From NCBI GenBank assembly GCA_963770565.1, contig CAVYQE010000010.1:161822-225821 (forward strand): a DNA stretch of 64,000 bases, given 5' to 3'. This stretch comes from an uncultured Actinomycetota bacterium. GTDB taxonomy: Bacteria > Actinomycetota > Actinomycetes > JAFAQI01. Below the pieces are notes generated by a model. It searched no databases, was not told the origin of the DNA, and worked only from the letters and a program-made list of their open reading frames with translations. Of the stretch, positions 61,143 through 64,000 are shown one piece after another. Each line of letters begins with the position of its first letter. The first letter of the stretch is position 1. The position numbers and the translations under genes were made by a program.

Positions 61143-61529
61143 ATGAGCGCCACTCGGACCCGCCGCTGCGCCCACTGCGGGCGTGAGTTCACCTCCGCGC
61201 GCAAGCCAGGACCCGCACCGAAATACTGCAGCCACGCCCACCGCCAACAGGCCTACCAGCTCCGCCGCGGCACCAGCGGCCGCAGCCAAAGCGACGACCT
61301 GACCGCCGAAGTACAACGACTGCGCGCCCGGATCCGCCGGCTCGAGTACGACAACACCCGCCTCCGCGCGGAGCTCACCGAAACCAGCCGCGAGATGGGC
61401 CGGCTCTACCGCGAGCTACACCCCACCCCGCCCGCGCTCGCGGCCCTCACCGGCCAACCCGAACCGAGCCACCCGCCAGCGCAAACTCTCACCCGTAAAC
61501 GCCGCTGGGGCCGCGGCACCGACACCTGA
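61143..61529 (+). CDS. Zn-finger plus coiled-coil protein
   Basis: CAHCG..F.......PKYCS.AHRQ.AY then heptad repeats; TACGCT -10 box 6 nt upstream. Confidence 0.75.
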   Translation: MSATRTRRCAHCGREFTSARKPGPAPKYCSHAHRQQAYQLRRGTSGRSQSDDLTAEVQRLRARIRRLEYDNTRLRAELTETSREMGRLYRELHPTPPALAALTGQPEPSHPPAQTLTRKRRWGRGTDT

Positions 61530-61593
61530 CCCGCACCGCGGCCAGGCAGCTATCCACAACCTGAGCCCGAGCATTCGCGACCGCTCCGAGCGG

Positions 61594-61803
61594 GTGGATC
61601 GTGACCGAGTGGACAACGACGCCACCCGCGACTACCCGTGGCTCGCCGAACGCGACGACCGGTTCACCCTCGCGCTCGTCCTCGATGTCTGTGAGGTCCT
61701 GACTCGTCACGGCTACCCGGCACCGACCGGACGCACCCTGGTCGACCTGGCAGCCGGCATGCACCACGCATTGCACGCGTACCGGCCGCCATCCCTCTAC
61801 TGA
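61594..61803 (+). CDS. Small hypothetical protein
   Basis: 69 aa, FTLALVLDVCEVLTRHGYP; GC3-rich codons; start uncertain. Confidence 0.55.
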   Translation: MDRDRVDNDATRDYPWLAERDDRFTLALVLDVCEVLTRHGYPAPTGRTLVDLAAGMHHALHAYRPPSLY

Positions 61804-61842
61804 CGACCGACCACCGACGACCGACCACCGACGACCGACCAC
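61802..61842. repeat. 14-bp tandem repeat, about 3 copies
   Basis: GACGACCGACCACC at 61802, 61816 and 61830. Confidence 0.85.
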
Positions 61843-62122
61843 AACACCCAAATCCCGGCACACCTCTTGCATCGGCAGAGTTTGGGCCTCCATCGGCCGT
61901 CACGGGCGACGGATCGGGTAGCCCGCTGGCGACAGTGCCAGCCTCGGGCGGCAGGTTGGCTTAGCTTCACCTCGCGTTCACCAGTGCTGGATTCAATGAG
62001 TGGGCCGTGGAGGTCGATGACCCTGGGGTGCGCACTGTAAACATGATCTCTAACGGTCATCTGTCGACCGGGCGGGAGCGCTACCGCCGCGGTTGCGCCA
62101 CGCCGAAGAACGACTAACCAAG

Positions 62123-62551
62123 ATGGACTATCCGAACGCCCTACCGCCAATTGATCCGGTCGATCTCGACCCGCCGCGCGATGCCGGCCCGAGTCGACGT
62201 ACCTACACACGTACGAAGGCCACCTCGGTGAGTTTCTCCTGGTGGATCAAACTTGCGTGGTCGGCACCACCGATCCTGTTCGTCGTCTGGCTAGCAAGAG
62301 GCGGGCTGAGCAGCCTGTTCAGTCCGCTCGCCTGGTTTCTCGGCGTCCTCACCATCCCCTACGTGATCTGGTGGCTGAGGCAAGTTTGGATTCGTACGCC
62401 AGTAGTAGTTGCGGCGGTTGACTCGCGAGCTGAGCGCTCGCACCCTCTCGCGGCATCCACGCCGCCTCGTTTGACCGGACCCCCCGACGACCTCGTAGTT
62501 GATCCTGTAAGCACCAGCGCGGATCGTCGAGCGCAGATCGAGTACTTCTGA
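62123..62551 (+). CDS. Hypothetical membrane protein (2 TM, Trp-rich)
   Basis: Two hydrophobic helices flanked by Pro-rich segments. Confidence 0.6.
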   Translation: MDYPNALPPIDPVDLDPPRDAGPSRRTYTRTKATSVSFSWWIKLAWSAPPILFVVWLARGGLSSLFSPLAWFLGVLTIPYVIWWLRQVWIRTPVVVAAVDSRAERSHPLAASTPPRLTGPPDDLVVDPVSTSADRRAQIEYF

Positions 62552-62579
62552 GCGCAGGCGTCCTTGCCTAATCGGTGAG

Positions 62580-63329
62580 GTGCTCGAACGCGCAACGAGC
62601 TGTGAAGGGAGCGACGCCACAAGCCCAAGCAAAACTTCAGCGGTGGGTTGTACCGGTCGATGGAGGGCTGTGTCCAAGGTCGGCGCCAATGGTGATGATT
62701 CAGCCGTCGACTGCCGTGGCGAACTGTCACAGGAGGATCTGGCTGAAGCATTCGATACCTTTGGTCCCCCCATTTTGAGATACCTCAATCGTCGCGCTGG
62801 AAGCGGCGGTTCGTCAGAGGACCTGCTCTCGGTCGTATTTCTCGAGGCCTGGCGCACCCGTGCAGGAGCCTTTCGTGTCGACTCGTCTCTAGCCCCGTGG
62901 CTGTACGGAATCGCACGCAACGTGCTCCGTGGTCAACGGCGAGCGACCTGGCGACATCGGGCCGCGCTCGAGCGGTACTCGGCCATGTATGGATCTGGCG
63001 AAACTAACGTCGGAGAATTGGATGAGTTGATAAACCGCGTGGACGCGGCGTCCGCTTCCGCCGCCGTCGCTGACGCTTTGGCATGCTTGAGCGCGAAGGA
63101 CAGGGACGTTGCGGAGATCTGTCTCGTCGAGGGTCTCAGCGTGCGACAAGCAGCCGCGACTCTGGGCATCCCGCAGGGCACAGTTCAATCCCGACTGGCC
63201 CACGCCCGAGCATCGCTGCGGGCGATACTCCAGTCGGGTGATTCCGAGATCTTCGCCGACCAAAGGCGTCGCGGCGGCCATGAGGTAATTGGAAGCGCTT
63301 CGCGCTCTGAGAGAAAGTTGACGATATGA
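62580..63329 (+). CDS. ECF RNA polymerase sigma factor
   Basis: EDLLSVVFLEAWR, PWLYGIARN (region 2); GLSVRQAAATLGIPQGTVQSRLAHAR (region 4). True start may be later (e.g. GTG 62670). Confidence 0.9.
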   Translation: MLERATSCEGSDATSPSKTSAVGCTGRWRAVSKVGANGDDSAVDCRGELSQEDLAEAFDTFGPPILRYLNRRAGSGGSSEDLLSVVFLEAWRTRAGAFRVDSSLAPWLYGIARNVLRGQRRATWRHRAALERYSAMYGSGETNVGELDELINRVDAASASAAVADALACLSAKDRDVAEICLVEGLSVRQAAATLGIPQGTVQSRLAHARASLRAILQSGDSEIFADQRRRGGHEVIGSASRSERKLTI

Positions 63330-63988
63330 GTTTCGACTCGCGCGCCGGCTCACCTCTCGCAGATCCACTTGCTTCACGGCGGGAGCACCTCATGACCGAG
63401 ATTCGCGCGACGACCGCAACGCCAGCAAAAACTAGGCGCGGCAGGATATCCAGCAGGACAGCGGTGTTGGTGGCCAGCATCGTCATTGTGAGTACAGCGG
63501 GTGCAGGTGCCGTTTACGCCCACTCGCAATCAAGCGCGGCGCCTAAGATCATCTACTTCAACCGCCTGCAGACATCCTGCGACGCCAACTGGACCTGCCT
63601 GGGCAAGGCTGCCAAAACTGTGCGCCACCCTGTTCTCGGTCCGGATGCCGGCGAGGCAGCTGGCCCGCTCACGGCTGACGGAAGTCCGCTAACCGACGAA
63701 AGCATCTTGAGCTATGCGTTCACACCGATAGGCCAGAGCGCGACCGTCCTTCTTTACGCTCGCGCCGGTCACGACAGCGCCATGAGAGATGTGCTTCCCC
63801 CGGCGGACGCCGTCACTAATGGCGAGCAGGTCACCGTAGCGGGCCAGCAGGGCTACATCGCTACCCTCGCTGGTCAGTCGAACCTTTGGGTGACGCTGGA
63901 CGGGATGCATTACCGATTCACGTCGGCTGACCCGGACGATGCGATTATGCAGGCAGTCGCATCAAATCTCGTCGCTGTTGATCGTTGA
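63326..63988 (+). CDS. Putative anti-sigma factor (single TM, extracytoplasmic domain)
   Basis: ATGA-coupled to the ECF sigma; short N-terminal domain (RREHLMTEI), basic patch, TM helix, C-terminal domain with two Cys. Confidence 0.65.
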   Translation: MSFDSRAGSPLADPLASRREHLMTEIRATTATPAKTRRGRISSRTAVLVASIVIVSTAGAGAVYAHSQSSAAPKIIYFNRLQTSCDANWTCLGKAAKTVRHPVLGPDAGEAAGPLTADGSPLTDESILSYAFTPIGQSATVLLYARAGHDSAMRDVLPPADAVTNGEQVTVAGQQGYIATLAGQSNLWVTLDGMHYRFTSADPDDAIMQAVASNLVAVDR

Positions 63989-64000
63989 CCACGGGTTATG

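Larger units (their letters stand above)
55022..64000. mobile_element. Integrative mobilisable element inserted at tRNA-Leu (far end outside the window)
   Basis: Large serine recombinase abutting the tRNA 3' end, MOB-F relaxase, oriT-like hairpin, atypical-composition cargo. No second att copy seen. Confidence 0.85.

Noticed and set aside
55022-64000. Prophage
   Set aside because: No structural, terminase or lysis genes; the relaxase points to a mobilisable element.

Overview
High-GC actinobacterial chromosome segment at the replication terminus. A near-consensus actinobacterial dif site lies at 6028-6055, and most genes on either side point toward it. Bases 1-55 kb are largely the conserved actinomycete core: MerR regulator, tandem glycine riboswitch with gcvP, rbpA, lnt, Lrp, acyl-CoA dehydrogenase, Xaa-Pro peptidase, 5'-3' exonuclease, helY, tatC/tatA, pafBC, the complete Pup-proteasome locus (pafA, prcA, prcB, pup, dop, arc), trmI, metH, PAC2, mshC and tRNA-Leu(GAG). 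From ~55.0 kb to the window end is an integrated mobilisable element: a large serine recombinase whose last codons and stop are read antisense from the tRNA, a small coupled ORF, a MOB-F relaxase-helicase, an oriT-like hairpin, and low-GC cargo with an ECF sigma/anti-sigma pair. The least explained signals are: (1) a ~184-nt rod-shaped RNA candidate with its own sigma-A-like promoter one gene away from rbpA; (2) an endonuclease VII gene inside the proteasome operon next to an AT-recoded pup 3' end; (3) a palindromic repeat family that brackets small accessory genes; (4) single-base frameshifts in pafC and in a lipoprotein signal peptide. All family calls come from motif recognition and synteny by eye; no database searches were run.
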